Positions 62,568-64,000 of a DNA stretch of 64,000 nt are shown here, in pieces (position 1 is the first letter of the stretch; each line of letters starts with the position of its first letter). Where the stretch lies: positions 14,818,001-14,882,000 of the forward strand of contig CM022678.1 of the NCBI GenBank assembly GCA_012295275.1, given 5' to 3'. A model generated the notes under the pieces. The model saw only the letters and a program-made list of their open reading frames with translations, was not told where the DNA came from and did not search any database. This DNA comes from Chrysomallon squamiferum. Taxonomy: Eukaryota; Animalia; Mollusca. Made by a program: the position numbers and the translations under genes.

Positions 62568-64000
62568 CAATAAATATTAAAAATAAAATAAAAAAATGAC
62601 TTTAAAGGAATAACTTTTATTACTCATGATACGAACATGTTTCTTTCAAATATTTGTCCTTTTAATTAAAATGGAATTATTCGTTTTTATTTTTTTATAA
62701 TGTCTAACCTTTGTTTATTTATTTATTTTCAAACTGTATATTTTTCGTTTCCTCACTGTTTCTGCAACAACAACAACTGCAACAACTAGTACTGTTTCTA
62801 TTACTGCTTCCTACTGGTACTACTACTAGTCAATATATTACTTCTGTTACTAGAAAATCACACCGATGAATGTAAGGGAGAAAATATGTAGTCGCAGCTC
62901 TTATAGGATATAACACTGTGTATCTAACTGGCGTTTTTAGATGATTTTATTGTCTGATCCATTGAATATTACTTTCCTTTCATTGGAGAGAGGGATTTTT
63001 CTAAGTAATGGTCAACTTAATCATATATAAAGACTAGTAAAATATGAAGCTTTATAGTTGAGGTAATCATTGTAATGTAGTATAAAAATAATAAAATGGA
63101 ATTATTCATCTTTATTATATTATAATGTTTAACCTTTGTTTATTTATTTACTTTTCAAACTTTATATATTTTTTGTTTCCTTACTATTTTTACAACAACG
63201 ACCACTAGTATTATTACTGTTTCTATTACTACTTCATATTGCTACTATTAATAATATTACTGTCATCACTTCAACATGGTTACTCTTTCTACTGCTATGT
63301 CTGCTACTAGAAAATCATACTGACCAATGTAAGGGAGAAAATAAGTAGTAGCAGCTCTTACAACAATATTTAACTGGTTTGCCTTTTTAGATGATTTTAT
63401 TGTCTGCCATTGAATACTACTTTACTTTCATCGTGTAATAGATATTTTTTTTAGTGAATTTAATAATATAAAGAACAGTAAAATATGAAGCTTTATAATG
63501 GAGATAATATGGTATAGAAATTATAGTAGTAGCGATAGTGCTATTAAAATGTAGTAGTAGTAGTAGAAGTACTAGTGGTAAAGAAAATAATTAAATAAAG
63601 TTTCAAAAATAAATAAACAGATAAAAGTACTAATGAGTACAAAAAATGGAAATAGAATTCAAAATTGGAATAAAAAACACCTTTATAAACACACACAAAC
63701 ACAAAAAAAAGAGGGATAGAGGCAATCAAGTGTTCTCCTACCGTACCCTAGCTATCTGCTATTAATTCTTTCTCTGTAACATTATTAATTAATTATATTT
63801 AACTAACTGGCCTTTTTAGATAAATTTATTGTCTGATCCATTGAATATTATTTTTCTTTCATTTGGCAAAGGGATTTTTCTAAGTACTAGTGAACTTAAT
63901 AATATAAAGAACAGTAAAATATGAAGCTTTATAATGGAGATAATGTGGTATAGAAATTATAGCAGTAGTAATGGTGATGTTAAAATGTAGTAGTAGTAAA

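Overview
Very AT-rich, microsatellite-laden animal genomic DNA, probably a mollusc/gastropod (inferred from repeat content), with a 200-N scaffold gap at 43400-43599. The ORF track is almost all noise; the real genes are spliced. Two intron-containing genes were reconstructed by hand. (i) LKAAEAR1 on the + strand: 3' part at 197-1617 and a full second copy at about 44676-47846 with an apparent homopolymer frameshift. (ii) A complete 4-exon, 178-aa signal-peptide-bearing PEBP-family gene on the - strand: 6185-9303 and a second copy at 52401-55562. Both sit in a ~12 kb block (1-12.4 kb) that recurs at 46.2-62.7 kb. Between the copies lie ~2.8 tandem copies of a ~6.9 kb unit (13.8-33.3 kb), itself built from diverged sub-repeats. 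Each unit carries a splice-site-flanked micro-exon, and the two complete units also carry a terminal exon-like segment encoding an acidic peptide (SIM-like VVIDL plus 13-aa DDRDIEPMDVDPV repeats), a candidate orphan gene family. An older, heavily deleted paralogous block at 33.7-38.1 kb has lost the PEBP exons. Also present: relic PEBP 5' ends, two decayed LINE fragments, small TE remnants and a 111-bp minisatellite. All alignments were done by eye; no database search was possible.
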